Assembly: GCA_964431135.1 (NCBI GenBank) | Contig: CAYSIN010000001.1 | Location: 5,096 to 69,095, forward strand | Direction: 5' to 3' | Length of the DNA stretch: 64,000 bases | From: an uncultured Bacteroidales bacterium | Lineage (GTDB): Bacteria; Bacteroidota; Bacteroidia; Bacteroidales; GWA2-32-17 | In this document: positions 55,272-64,000 of the stretch, one piece after another | Position numbering within the stretch: the stretch's first letter is position 1 | Layout of the letters: every line of letters starts with the position of its first letter | The notes under the pieces: generated by a model | What the model was told of the DNA's origin: nothing | Databases searched by the model: none | The model's input: the letters and a program-made list of their open reading frames with translations, nothing else | Translations under genes and position numbers: made by a program

Positions 55272-55640
55272 GTGAAAGCAACGCATCTTAATGTTGGTAT
55301 AAAAGGTGAAAATATCGCTGTTCAATTTTTGAAAAATAAAGGATATGATATTTTGTTTACACGCTGGAGATATAAACACAAGGAAATAGATATCATAGCC
55401 AAACAGGAAGATTTTTTAGTATTTGTAGAAGTAAAAACGCGTTCGAGCGATTATTTTTCCCAACCCGAAGATTCGGTTCACCGTGCTAAACAACAATTTC
55501 TTGCCGAAGCAGCCGAAGCATTTATTACCGAATACAACGATTTTAAGGAGATTCGCTTTGATATCATTTCTATTATTATTAAGCAGAACGAATTTTCTGT
55601 CTATCATATAGAAAATGCATTTTATCCGATAAATGAGTAA
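55272..55640 (+). CDS. yraN: YraN-family (UPF0102) endonuclease-like protein
   Basis: GENIAVQFLKNKGYDILFTRWRYKHKEIDIIAKQEDFLVFVEVKTR. GTG 55272 gives 122 aa (typical size) and avoids overlap with the divergent gene; the exact start is uncertain. Confidence 0.75.
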   Translation: MKATHLNVGIKGENIAVQFLKNKGYDILFTRWRYKHKEIDIIAKQEDFLVFVEVKTRSSDYFSQPEDSVHRAKQQFLAEAAEAFITEYNDFKEIRFDIISIIIKQNEFSVYHIENAFYPINE

Positions 55641-55642
55641 GT

Positions 55643-56095
55643 ATGAGAACGGTTATTCAACGAGTAAATAAAGCAAGTGTAAGCATAAGTAAACAAACCA
55701 TTGCTTCCATTTCTGAAGGATTATTGATTTTTATAGGTATTGAAGACAACGATACTTTTGAAGATGCCTCTTGGCTGGCAAAAAAAATTATCAATCTTAG
55801 AATTTTCAATGACACTGCTGGAGTAATGAATTTATCTGTCAAAGATATTAATGGAGAAATTTTAGTAGTTAGTCAATTTACATTGCATGCTTTGACAAAA
55901 AAGGGGAATCGTCCTTCTTACCTTCGTGCTGCCAAACCGGATAAAGCCATACCCTTGTATGAGTATTTTCAGAAGGAACTGGTTCTTGAATTGGGCAAGC
56001 AAATAAAATCGGGTGTATTTGGTGCCATGATGCAAATTGAATTAATAAATGATGGTCCTGTTACTATTTTTATAGATACAAAAAATAAGGAATAA
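55643..56095 (+). CDS. dtd: D-aminoacyl-tRNA deacylase
   Basis: 150 aa. MRTVIQRV...GLLIFIGI...VSQFTL motifs. Confidence 0.92.
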   Translation: MRTVIQRVNKASVSISKQTIASISEGLLIFIGIEDNDTFEDASWLAKKIINLRIFNDTAGVMNLSVKDINGEILVVSQFTLHALTKKGNRPSYLRAAKPDKAIPLYEYFQKELVLELGKQIKSGVFGAMMQIELINDGPVTIFIDTKNKE

Positions 56096-56445
56096 TGAAA
56101 CATGCTGAAAAAACATTAGACGAACTGCAACAATTAACAGACCAATGGATAAAAACCGTAGGCGTCCGGTATTTTAACGAACTTACCAATACGGTACTGT
56201 TAATGGAGGAAGTTGGCGAACTTGCCCGCATAATGGCACGTACGTATGGCGAACAATCGTTCAAAAAGAGTGATAAAAAATCGTCCATGAAAGAAGAAAT
56301 GGCAGATGTACTATGGGTGCTGATTTGCCTTGCTAATCAGACGGGCATAAACCTAACCGATGCGTTTTTAGAAAAATTGAAAAAACGTACACAACGGGAT
56401 AAGGAAAGGCACAAAAAAAATGATAAATTAGCAACATCACACTAA
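56095..56445 (+). CDS. MazG-like nucleotide pyrophosphohydrolase (small single-domain type)
   Basis: 116 aa. EEVGELARIM...EEMADVLWVLICLAN (EExxE/D metal motifs). Its start shares one nucleotide with the dtd stop (TAATG). Confidence 0.82.
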   Translation: MKHAEKTLDELQQLTDQWIKTVGVRYFNELTNTVLLMEEVGELARIMARTYGEQSFKKSDKKSSMKEEMADVLWVLICLANQTGINLTDAFLEKLKKRTQRDKERHKKNDKLATSH

Positions 56446-56679
56446 GTTCATGATAACAACTATAGAATTAGGTGCATGAATTTGTTATTTTAAAAACACG
56501 AGCGATTGCTTCTATAAAATATTATTTCATTGTTATCGTTAATAGTTTAAAAAATGATTAATTTTACATCAGCAAAAAGAAAGAGGGAACTTAACCATAA
56601 GTTCCCTCTAAACCCTAAAACATGTTATTTGGAAGAACAAGTATTATTAAGACGACAAAAAATTTGCCAAAGTTGCTTT

Positions 56680-58095
56680 ATGAATAAAATAAACGCAAAA
56701 ATAATACCTTTTATTTCGTTTTCGTTATTGTTTTTTTTCTTTTCGTGCAAAAAGGAAAATTTTTATACGGGCAGCGAACCCATACTCAATTTTTCTACCG
56801 ATACGGTTCAGTTTGATACGGTATTTACTACCATAGGCAGTGCTACCCAATCATTTATAGTTTATAATTCATTAAACAAACCTGTAAAAATAAATTCCAT
56901 ACGGCTTGCCAAAGGGACAAATTCCTTTTTCCGTTTAAACATTAATGGTATTAGTACCCGCGAACTTAAAGACGAAGAATTGGCTGCCAACGACAGTTTG
57001 TTTATTTTTGTGGAAGTAAAAGTGGACCCTACCAATTCCAACAATCCAATGGTAGTCCAAGATTCCATAGAATTTCATATAAATCAAAGCATGCAAAATG
57101 TAAAGTTAGTGGCGTATGGACAAGATGTACATTTAATTAACGCCGAAGTCATCCATCAAAATACTACATGGATTGCCGATAAACCTTATCTGGTATATAA
57201 TTCCATGCTTGTTGACAGTAATGTTACGCTCCAAATTTCTTCTGGGGTAACCGTTTATTTTCATCATCAGTCGCGAATGTATATTATGGGAACGATGCTC
57301 GCCAATGGCTCTCACGATGAACCTATTCTTTTTAGAGGCGACCGGCTTGAACATTGGTATGACGATGTCCCAGGTCAATGGGATGGCATTTATTTCGTTA
57401 TGGGAAGCAAAGACAATACGATGAATTATTGCGAAGTTAAAAACGCCATTATTGGAATTCAAGTGGACACGCTCGCATCGCTGGCACAACCCACACTTAC
57501 CATTTCAAACAGTAAAATTTTAAATATGAATGCTGTTGGCATATTTGCACAGGGCAGTACCATTAAAGCATGGAACTGTATTGTAGCACAGTGTGGACAA
57601 TTTGCATTGGCACTGGCCATTGGCGGCTCTTACGAATTTTATCATTGTACTATATACAATACATGGGCGTATAATAATAGACAAACACCTTCTATTTGGC
57701 TCAACAATTATTACAAAGATATAAATGGCAATTATCAAATAAGACCGCTGGACAAAGCTACCTTTGCCAATTGCATTATTTATGGAAACAAGGACAACGA
57801 AATATTGCTTGATAATTATTCTACTACCAGTCCGTTTCAGTATATTTTTCAACATTGCTTACTCAAAATTTCCAATGATATTCCAACAACCGATGCCCAG
57901 CATTGGATGAATATATACAAGAATAATGACCCACTATTAGTTAATCCATACTACGATAAATTCCAACTCGATTCCACTTCATTTTGTATTAATAAGGGCG
58001 ATTTAAATATAGGTGCACAATTTCCATGGGATTTTGATGGTTACAGCAGGTTATCAGATAATCAACCTGACTTGGGGGCTTATGAATGGCATTAA
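56680..58095 (+). CDS. Lipoprotein with probable parallel beta-helix region, unknown function
   Basis: Start revised to MNKINAKIIPFISFSLLFFFFSC (lipobox). Internal repeats such as NVTLQISSGVTVYF, NAIIGIQVD, ISNSKILNM suggest a beta-helix. Confidence 0.55.
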   Translation: MNKINAKIIPFISFSLLFFFFSCKKENFYTGSEPILNFSTDTVQFDTVFTTIGSATQSFIVYNSLNKPVKINSIRLAKGTNSFFRLNINGISTRELKDEELAANDSLFIFVEVKVDPTNSNNPMVVQDSIEFHINQSMQNVKLVAYGQDVHLINAEVIHQNTTWIADKPYLVYNSMLVDSNVTLQISSGVTVYFHHQSRMYIMGTMLANGSHDEPILFRGDRLEHWYDDVPGQWDGIYFVMGSKDNTMNYCEVKNAIIGIQVDTLASLAQPTLTISNSKILNMNAVGIFAQGSTIKAWNCIVAQCGQFALALAIGGSYEFYHCTIYNTWAYNNRQTPSIWLNNYYKDINGNYQIRPLDKATFANCIIYGNKDNEILLDNYSTTSPFQYIFQHCLLKISNDIPTTDAQHWMNIYKNNDPLLVNPYYDKFQLDSTSFCINKGDLNIGAQFPWDFDGYSRLSDNQPDLGAYEWH

Positions 58096-58136
58096 TCGAA
58101 ATTTCCTATTAAGTGTCTGTATATAAAAGTCAGTAT

Positions 58137-58618
58137 CATCAAACTCTGATAAGAGTTTTGAAAGGGCTATACAAGAAAATATAGAGGTTTTAAGGATAAT
58201 GAAGCAATGGAACATGGTTAATAGATACGTCATTTATACTAACCCGCTAACAAAAGCGAAGCGAATTGTTTTAATGAACTGGTTAGCAAGTCGATATTAT
58301 ATAGCAAAATTAAAATATCAAATTTAAAATATCAAATTTAAAATTTAAAAAAATAGCACACAGATTACACAGATGTAATGGATTAAAACTGATAAATAAA
58401 TATTTACAAACCTACTTCATCATTCTCACAACTTGTCTCGGCATCCCGTCAGAATGACGGGATGACAAGATTTTCACATTTTCTTTTGCGATCTTTGCGT
58501 AATATCTTTGCGTTCTTGGCGGTTTATCAGAATTCAAATTTCAGAATTAAAATTTAATACCAAACCGCTAACAAAAGCGAAGCGAATTGTTTTAATGAAC
58601 TGGTTAGCAAGTCGGTAT
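58137..58618. repeat. Largest intergenic repeat island (619-bp spacer)
   Basis: Degenerate hairpin module (58137-58165). 62-bp MITE-like copy A (58236-58297). AT-rich 14-bp tandem AAATATCAAATTTA x2 (58312-58340). CACAGATTACACAGAT (58358-58373). 58-bp GC hairpin module (58427-58484). TCTTTGCGT-rich module (58484-58524). 62-bp MITE-like copy B (58557-58618). Confidence 0.7.
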
Positions 58619-58714
58619 TAGTTGGTTTTATTGATAAACATGCTTTACAAAAAAGAAAAATTTTGTAATAGGAAATGTATTACCTTTACACGTTTTTTTG
58701 CAAAAAAAAATTGA

Positions 58715-59263
58715 ATGAAAAAGAGAGTGAACATATTAGGCAAGACCTTTGAACTATCCATATCGGAACAAAAAATTGCCAATGCTGTAAAAACAATGGC
58801 AAACCAACTCAATCATGATTTTTCTAATTCCGATAAGGAAATATTGTTTTTAGGTATTTTAAACGGCTCATTTATGTTTGCTGCCGATTTATTTAGACAA
58901 ATCACCTTCCCCTGTAAAATCACTTTCTTAAAATTAGCTTCCTATCAAGGAACACATTCCACAGGGGTTGTCAGAAGTCTTATAGGAATTAATGAAAACC
59001 TGAAAAATAAAATAGTCATTGTATTAGAAGATATTGTGGATACGGGTGAAACATTAGAAAATATCACCTGTCAACTTAAAGGCTACGAACCGTTCGAAAT
59101 AAAACTGGCAACTTTTCTTTTTAAGCCCGATGCATATAAAAAAAACATCACCCTTGATTATGTAGGAATGAAAATTCCCAATGATTTTATTGTTGGTTAT
59201 GGGTTAGATTACGATGGCTATGGACGCAATTTACCTGAAATATATTCATTAGTTAACAAATAA
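58715..59263 (+). CDS. hpt: Hypoxanthine phosphoribosyltransferase
   Basis: 182 aa. PRPP-binding loop VIVLEDIVDTGETL; C-terminal DFIVGYGLDYDGYGRNL. Confidence 0.92.
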   Translation: MKKRVNILGKTFELSISEQKIANAVKTMANQLNHDFSNSDKEILFLGILNGSFMFAADLFRQITFPCKITFLKLASYQGTHSTGVVRSLIGINENLKNKIVIVLEDIVDTGETLENITCQLKGYEPFEIKLATFLFKPDAYKKNITLDYVGMKIPNDFIVGYGLDYDGYGRNLPEIYSLVNK

Positions 59264-59274
59264 ACCTTTTGCGT

Positions 59275-59856
59275 ATGATTAATTTAGTACTTTTTGGTCC
59301 TCCGGGTTCCGGCAAGGGAACACAAGCAAAACGAATGGTAAGTCATTTCGGATTACAGCATTTATCTACGGGTGACATTCTTCGCAGAGAAATTGCCGAA
59401 CAAACGTCGCTTGGACGTGTTGCCCAACATTATCTCGATAAAGGTGAACTTGTACCTGATGAAATTGTTATAGGCATGATAGACGAACTGTTTAAAAAGA
59501 ATACTGAATCTAAAGGTTACATTTTTGATGGTTTTCCTAGAACAGTGGCACAAGCAAAAGCATTGGACAATTTATTAAATACGCATAAACAAAAAATATC
59601 GCTCACCTTGTTTTTACATGTAGATGAACAGGAATTGTTAAAACGACTGACTAAAAGAGCCAAAGTAGAAGGCAGAAAAGACGATGATATACAAATTATA
59701 GAAAACCGCATAAAAGTTTACCAATCTCAAACCATGCCTGTTTATGATTATTATTTGGAGCAGAAAAAAGTAAAAGAAATAGACGGGATGAAAACCGAAG
59801 AGCAGGTATTTGAACAAATCGAAAAAGCGGTAAGCGGAATATGCCGTAAGAAGTAA
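59275..59856 (+). CDS. adk: Adenylate kinase
   Basis: MINLVLFGPPGSGKGTQA P-loop. ATG 59275 is preferred to the track TTG 59269. Confidence 0.93.
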   Translation: MINLVLFGPPGSGKGTQAKRMVSHFGLQHLSTGDILRREIAEQTSLGRVAQHYLDKGELVPDEIVIGMIDELFKKNTESKGYIFDGFPRTVAQAKALDNLLNTHKQKISLTLFLHVDEQELLKRLTKRAKVEGRKDDDIQIIENRIKVYQSQTMPVYDYYLEQKKVKEIDGMKTEEQVFEQIEKAVSGICRKK

Positions 59857-59858
59857 GC

Positions 59859-60857
59859 ATGCCCGAAAACAATTTTATTGATTTAATAAAAATTTATATC
59901 CGCTCTGGCAACGGAGGAAAAGGAAGTGTACACTTTTATCGCGACAGACGAACACGCAAAGGCGGTCCCGATGGTGGCGATGGAGGTCGGGGTGGTCATA
60001 TTATTTTCAAAGGGAACAGAAATTTGTGGACATTGCTTCACTTGCGGTATCACAAACATTTTATAGCACAAAACGGTGGTGACGGTGCATCCAACAATTG
60101 TACCGGTGCCGATGCACCTGATATTTATATTGAAGTGCCATTGGGAACCATGGTAAAAGATTCTGAAACCAGCGAAATATTAGGTGAAATAACGAAACAT
60201 GAACAGGAAGTTATTATTTTAAAAGGTGGGCGTGGCGGAAAGGGTAATGCCTTTTTTAAATCGGCCACTCACCAAACACCACGCTTTGCACAACTAGGCG
60301 AATTGGGCATGGAGAAATGGCTTCAGGTGGAATTAAAAATCTTAGCTGATGTAGGCTTGGTTGGATTGCCCAATGCTGGAAAAAGCACATTACTTTCATC
60401 TGTCTCCGCTGCCAAACCCAAAATTGCCGATTATCCTTTTACTACCATCGTTCCCAATATTGGAATTATAAAGGTATTTGACAAACATTCTTTTGTAATG
60501 GCAGATATACCCGGAATAATAGAAGGTGCGCACGAAGGAAAGGGATTGGGATTAAGATTTTTACGACATATTGAACGCAATGCTGTGTTACTTTTTCTTA
60601 TTTCAGCAAATGCTGAAAATGTAATTCAGGAATACAAAACTCTTTTAAAGGAATTGGAACTTTATAATCCTGAATTATTAACCAAAAAAAGAATTATCAG
60701 CATATCAAAAGTTGATTTAATAAACAGTACAGAACAAAAATGTATAATAAATAAATTTCAGAAAATACATGAACCGGTTATTATGTTTTCATCTATCACT
60801 GGAAATGGAATAAATGAACTGTTATCACTTCTATGGAAGACATTAAATGAGGACTGA
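59859..60857 (+). CDS. obg: GTPase Obg/CgtA
   Basis: Gly-rich Obg fold (GGPDGGDGGRGGHIIF); G1 GLPNAGKST; G3 DIPGIIEGA. Confidence 0.93.
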   Translation: MPENNFIDLIKIYIRSGNGGKGSVHFYRDRRTRKGGPDGGDGGRGGHIIFKGNRNLWTLLHLRYHKHFIAQNGGDGASNNCTGADAPDIYIEVPLGTMVKDSETSEILGEITKHEQEVIILKGGRGGKGNAFFKSATHQTPRFAQLGELGMEKWLQVELKILADVGLVGLPNAGKSTLLSSVSAAKPKIADYPFTTIVPNIGIIKVFDKHSFVMADIPGIIEGAHEGKGLGLRFLRHIERNAVLLFLISANAENVIQEYKTLLKELELYNPELLTKKRIISISKVDLINSTEQKCIINKFQKIHEPVIMFSSITGNGINELLSLLWKTLNED

Positions 60858-60929
60858 CAAGTTGTCTATAAAAAATTAATTGGCAAAACTTTTGTTAAAA
60901 AAGGACGCATCTAAAAGATAAATAGTGTT

Positions 60930-61541
60930 ATGAATGAAAATGAAGTTATAGAAACCAACGAATCAAAAAACAATGAAAATCAGCAACAGGCTGAAAATAC
61001 TATACCTGAAGCAGAACAAAAAGAGTCTTCGGTAAAAAATAAAAAGCCAAAAAAAATCAATAAAAACGAACAAGAACTGAACCATTTAAAAAAGGAACTA
61101 TCTGAATGGAAAGAAAAATACGAAGCACTTAACGATAAACATTTGCGTTTGGCAGCCGAATTTGATAATTACAAAAAAAGAACACTGAAAGAAAAGAGCG
61201 ATTTGTTGCGTTATGGCGGTGAGACAGTTCTTACAAACCTCTTGCAAATTATAGACGATATTGAACGTGCCAATATGTCAATAAAAACGAGTACCGACAT
61301 AGACAGTATAAAAAATGGAATAGAACTGATTTTTTCAAAATTTAATGAGTTTTTGAAACAGCAGGGAGTAAAGGAAATTGAAACCAAAGATGCTGTTTTT
61401 AATACTGATGTTCATGAAGCCGTAACACGCATACCTGCTACATGCGAAGAACAGAAAGGGAAAGTGGTAGATGTTATTCAAAAAGGATACATGTTGCAGG
61501 ACAAAGTTATTCGCTTTGCTAAAGTTGTTGTTGGAGAATAA
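60930..61541 (+). CDS. grpE: Nucleotide exchange factor GrpE
   Basis: 203 aa. [13 protein letters not shown] motif and C-terminal beta domain. Confidence 0.9.
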   Translation: MNENEVIETNESKNNENQQQAENTIPEAEQKESSVKNKKPKKINKNEQELNHLKKELSEWKEKYEALNDKHLRLAAEFDNYKKRTLKEKSDLLRYGGETVLTNLLQIIDDIERANMSIKTSTDIDSIKNGIELIFSKFNEFLKQQGVKEIETKDAVFNTDVHEAVTRIPATCEEQKGKVVDVIQKGYMLQDKVIRFAKVVVGE

Positions 61542-61552
61542 ATATTAATAAC

Positions 61553-62713
61553 ATGACCAAACGAGATTATTACGAAATATTAGAAGTACCTAAAAGTGCT
61601 ACCAAAGATGAAATAAAAAAAGCATATCGCAAAAAGGCACTCCAATATCATCCCGACAGAAATCCGGGAGATAAAAGTGCGGAAGAAAAATTTAAAGAAG
61701 CCGCCGAGGCTTACGATGTGTTAAGCGATGATGAAAAACGCAGACGCTATGACCAATATGGACATGCAGGTGTAAGTGGTGCTTCCGGTGGTGGCGGATT
61801 CGAAGGATTTAACATGGAAGATATCTTTAGTCGTTTTGGCGATATTTTCGGTGATTTTGGTTTTGGTTCGTTTGGCGGTTTTGGCGGAAGAAACAGAACA
61901 TCATCGCACTCTAATGTAAGCAAAGGAAGCAATCTGAGAGTAAAAGTAAAACTTACTCTGAACGAAATAGCCACAGGAGTTGAAAAAAAGATTAAAGTAA
62001 AAAAATTGGTTTCGTGTAGTGCCTGTAATGGAACAGGCACTCGCGATTCATCATCTTATAAACAATGCAGCACATGCAATGGTCAGGGATATGTAACACG
62101 CATTACACGTACTATCCTGGGACAAATGCAAAGTACTTCTCCCTGCCCTACCTGCAATGGCGAAGGGAAAATTATTACGAATAAATGTCCTAAATGTGCG
62201 GGTGAAGGCGTTGTTCATGACGAAGAAATTATTTCTATTAATATTCCTGCGGGTGTAGCAGAGGGTATGCAACTATCCATGAGCGGAAAGGGTAATGCTG
62301 CCCGACATGGCGGCTTGCCTGGTGATTTAATCGTTTTGGTAGAAGAAGAAAAACATCCCGATTTTATTCGTGAAGAGAATAATTTGATTTATAATCTTAT
62401 CATTTCTATTCCGCAGGCTATTACCGGAACCACTGTTGAAATTACATTGATAGACCATAGCAAAATAAAAGTTAAAATTGACCCGGGTACTACTTCCGGG
62501 AAATTGCTTCGCATACGCGGCAAAGGTTTGCCAGACGTTCAAGGCTATCAATCGGGCGATTTGATTGTACGAACCATTGTATATATACCTTCCAACATTT
62601 CCAAAGAAGAACGAAAATTACTTGAAAAACTTGACGAATCTCCTAACTTTAGCCCTCAAAATGCCAAAAAAGACAAAAACTTTTTCGAACACCTTAAAAA
62701 ATATTTTTCATAA
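61553..62713 (+). CDS. dnaJ: Molecular chaperone DnaJ
   Basis: J domain (DYYEILEV...YHPDRNPGD), G/F region, four CxxCxGxG zinc-finger repeats. Confidence 0.95.
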   Translation: MTKRDYYEILEVPKSATKDEIKKAYRKKALQYHPDRNPGDKSAEEKFKEAAEAYDVLSDDEKRRRYDQYGHAGVSGASGGGGFEGFNMEDIFSRFGDIFGDFGFGSFGGFGGRNRTSSHSNVSKGSNLRVKVKLTLNEIATGVEKKIKVKKLVSCSACNGTGTRDSSSYKQCSTCNGQGYVTRITRTILGQMQSTSPCPTCNGEGKIITNKCPKCAGEGVVHDEEIISINIPAGVAEGMQLSMSGKGNAARHGGLPGDLIVLVEEEKHPDFIREENNLIYNLIISIPQAITGTTVEITLIDHSKIKVKIDPGTTSGKLLRIRGKGLPDVQGYQSGDLIVRTIVYIPSNISKEERKLLEKLDESPNFSPQNAKKDKNFFEHLKKYFS

Positions 62714-62804
62714 ACAGATTTTTGAAGTAGATTTGTCCAAAATAATTTTATGGGCTTATATACATATATTAATTACAATAAATAGGGCATTTTAAATAAT
62801 TAAT

Positions 62805-64000
62805 ATGAAAGAATCATTTTCATCAGAGCAATTTCATCAATTCTTCACTACTAAAAAAGCTTTGATGGTCTTGGTCGTACTTACTTTTTTGATTTTATGC
62901 TTTTTTTATCCCAAAGCCATTTTTTCTCCGAACAAATATTTATTCAGTGATTCGGGCGATGGATTGAAAAATTATTACACGTATGCTTATTATATTAAAA
63001 ACGATACGTCATTTACTAATTCCAACTGTGTAAATTATCCCTATGGCGAACATTTTAACTATCTCGATTCTCAACCTGCCCTGTCTTTTCCACTTAAACT
63101 TATGTCTCAACTTTTTCCTGGAATAGCCAATTACAGCATCGGCATTTTAAATTTTTTTATGATGCTGTCGGTATTGTTCGCATCCATTTTTATTTTTCTA
63201 ATTCTTAAAGAATTTAAGACAGGAAATGTATTTGCCCTGATGGCTTCACTTTCTATTACTTTTCTTTCTCCTCAATTTCTCAGGCTTAGCGGACATTATG
63301 GACTTTTTTATCTGTTTCCATTGCCTTTGATTTGGTACTTCATTATTAAATTTTTTAAAACTTCTCAACAGAAATACACGGTTTATATTACACTTTCACT
63401 TTTTATAATCTTCTTTATTCATGCCTATTTGGGGCTTATTTGTGCAGCGTTTCTTTTTTTAAGCGAACTATGCTATTTCATATTTTACAAAAAAAATAGA
63501 ACCTTAAAAAATATTCTTTTTTGGTTTGTACAAATAGTTATTCCCGTTTTGCTGTATTTAGCCATCACTACTTTTACCGATACTCATACCGACAGGTCAG
63601 ATAATCCAGCCGGTTTATACGATTATAATGCATCTATCAATACTGTTTTTTTGCCATATAATTATATTTTACAAATACCTTACAGATTACTTTTTTCCAT
63701 AGGTGTACAGCAGTGGGAAGGTATAGGTTATATAGGAATACTTTCAAACTTAATGCTGTTCGCATTTATTCTTTATCTTATATCATTACTTATAAAACGA
63801 AAGTTGACAGATATAAATCAATTTGTTCCAAAGGAAATGTGGATTTTTCTACTATCGTCCATTTTATTGTTACTTATCTCCATGGCTACTCCTATTAAAT
63901 TCATTATTGATTTTGTACTTGAGTATATAAAACCATTGCGGCAATTCAGAACATTGGGCAGATTTTCGTGGCCTTTTTATTATGTAATAAATATTTTTGT
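62805..64000 (+). CDS. Large polytopic membrane protein, N-terminal ~398 codons (continues past the right edge); function unknown
   Basis: Absent from ORF track because it is edge-truncated. Manual translation from ATG 62805: MKESFSSEQFHQFFTTKKALMVLVVLTFLILCFF... The frame was checked codon by codon in several stretches and is open to 64000. It shows more than 8 hydrophobic helices. Confidence 0.6.
   Translation, partial: MKESFSSEQFHQFFTTKKALMVLVVLTFLILCFFYPKAIFSPNKYLFSDSGDGLKNYYTYAYYIKNDTSFTNSNCVNYPYGEHFNYLDSQPALSFPLKLMSQLFPGIANYSIGILNFFMMLSVLFASIFIFLILKEFKTGNVFALMASLSITFLSPQFLRLSGHYGLFYLFPLPLIWYFIIKFFKTSQQKYTVYITLSLFIIFFIHAYLGLICAAFLFLSELCYFIFYKKNRTLKNILFWFVQIVIPVLLYLAITTFTDTHTDRSDNPAGLYDYNASINTVFLPYNYILQIPYRLLFSIGVQQWEGIGYIGILSNLMLFAFILYLISLLIKRKLTDINQFVPKEMWIFLLSSILLLLISMATPIKFIIDFVLEYIKPLRQFRTLGRFSWPFYYVINIF

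Noticed and set aside
9240-58714. Possibility that the repeat islands are CRISPR arrays
   Set aside because: There is no regular repeat-spacer periodicity. The repeats are heterogeneous modules in mixed orientation, many are palindromic with TA flanks, and no cas genes are present.
63713-63898. Track ORF 63713-63898 (61 aa)
   Set aside because: It lies in a different frame inside the edge-truncated membrane-protein ORF (62805 to beyond 64000), which stays open throughout.

Overview
AT-rich chromosomal segment, most likely from a Bacteroidota bacterium. The evidence is T9SS type-A and type-B C-terminal sorting domains, SprB repeats, and TAnnTTTG -7 promoter boxes in front of most transcription units. 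All calls come from reading the sequence and ORF track by eye; no database search was run. I call about 45 protein genes and found no rRNA, tRNA, CRISPR array, transposase, integrase or phage gene. Housekeeping genes: gmhA, dxs, glyA, coaD, yraN, dtd, a mazG-like gene, hpt, adk, obg, grpE, dnaJ. Envelope and surface genes: (1) a co-directional block of beta-helix protein, orphan MacB/FtsX permease, radical-SAM/SPASM enzyme, chagasin-fused papain-like T9SS protease and S8 protease (1-9215); (2) a 3318-aa SprB-repeat adhesin with 37 tandem repeats; (3) an MBOAT + two SGNH + MltD-like + DUF5683-like operon that looks like an O-acetylation system, convergent with a membrane GT2; (4) a translationally coupled GT9 / U32 / REC-PAS-HisKA_3 kinase / unknown operon; (5) an ECF sigma / anti-sigma / beta-barrel module; (6) a T9SS-exported PGRP-type amidase. 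The least expected content is non-coding. All six spacers longer than 300 bp are mosaics of short repeat families: TA-flanked MITE-like elements, GC-rich hairpin modules with a covarying stem, and a nested palindrome. One filled-site versus empty-site pair suggests mobility. I found no clearly novel protein-based system. The candidates above are inferences ranked by interest. Two edge-truncated genes (1-1810 minus strand, 62805-64000 plus strand) are missing from the ORF track and were translated by hand. About 15 ORF-track starts appear over-extended and are revised here.
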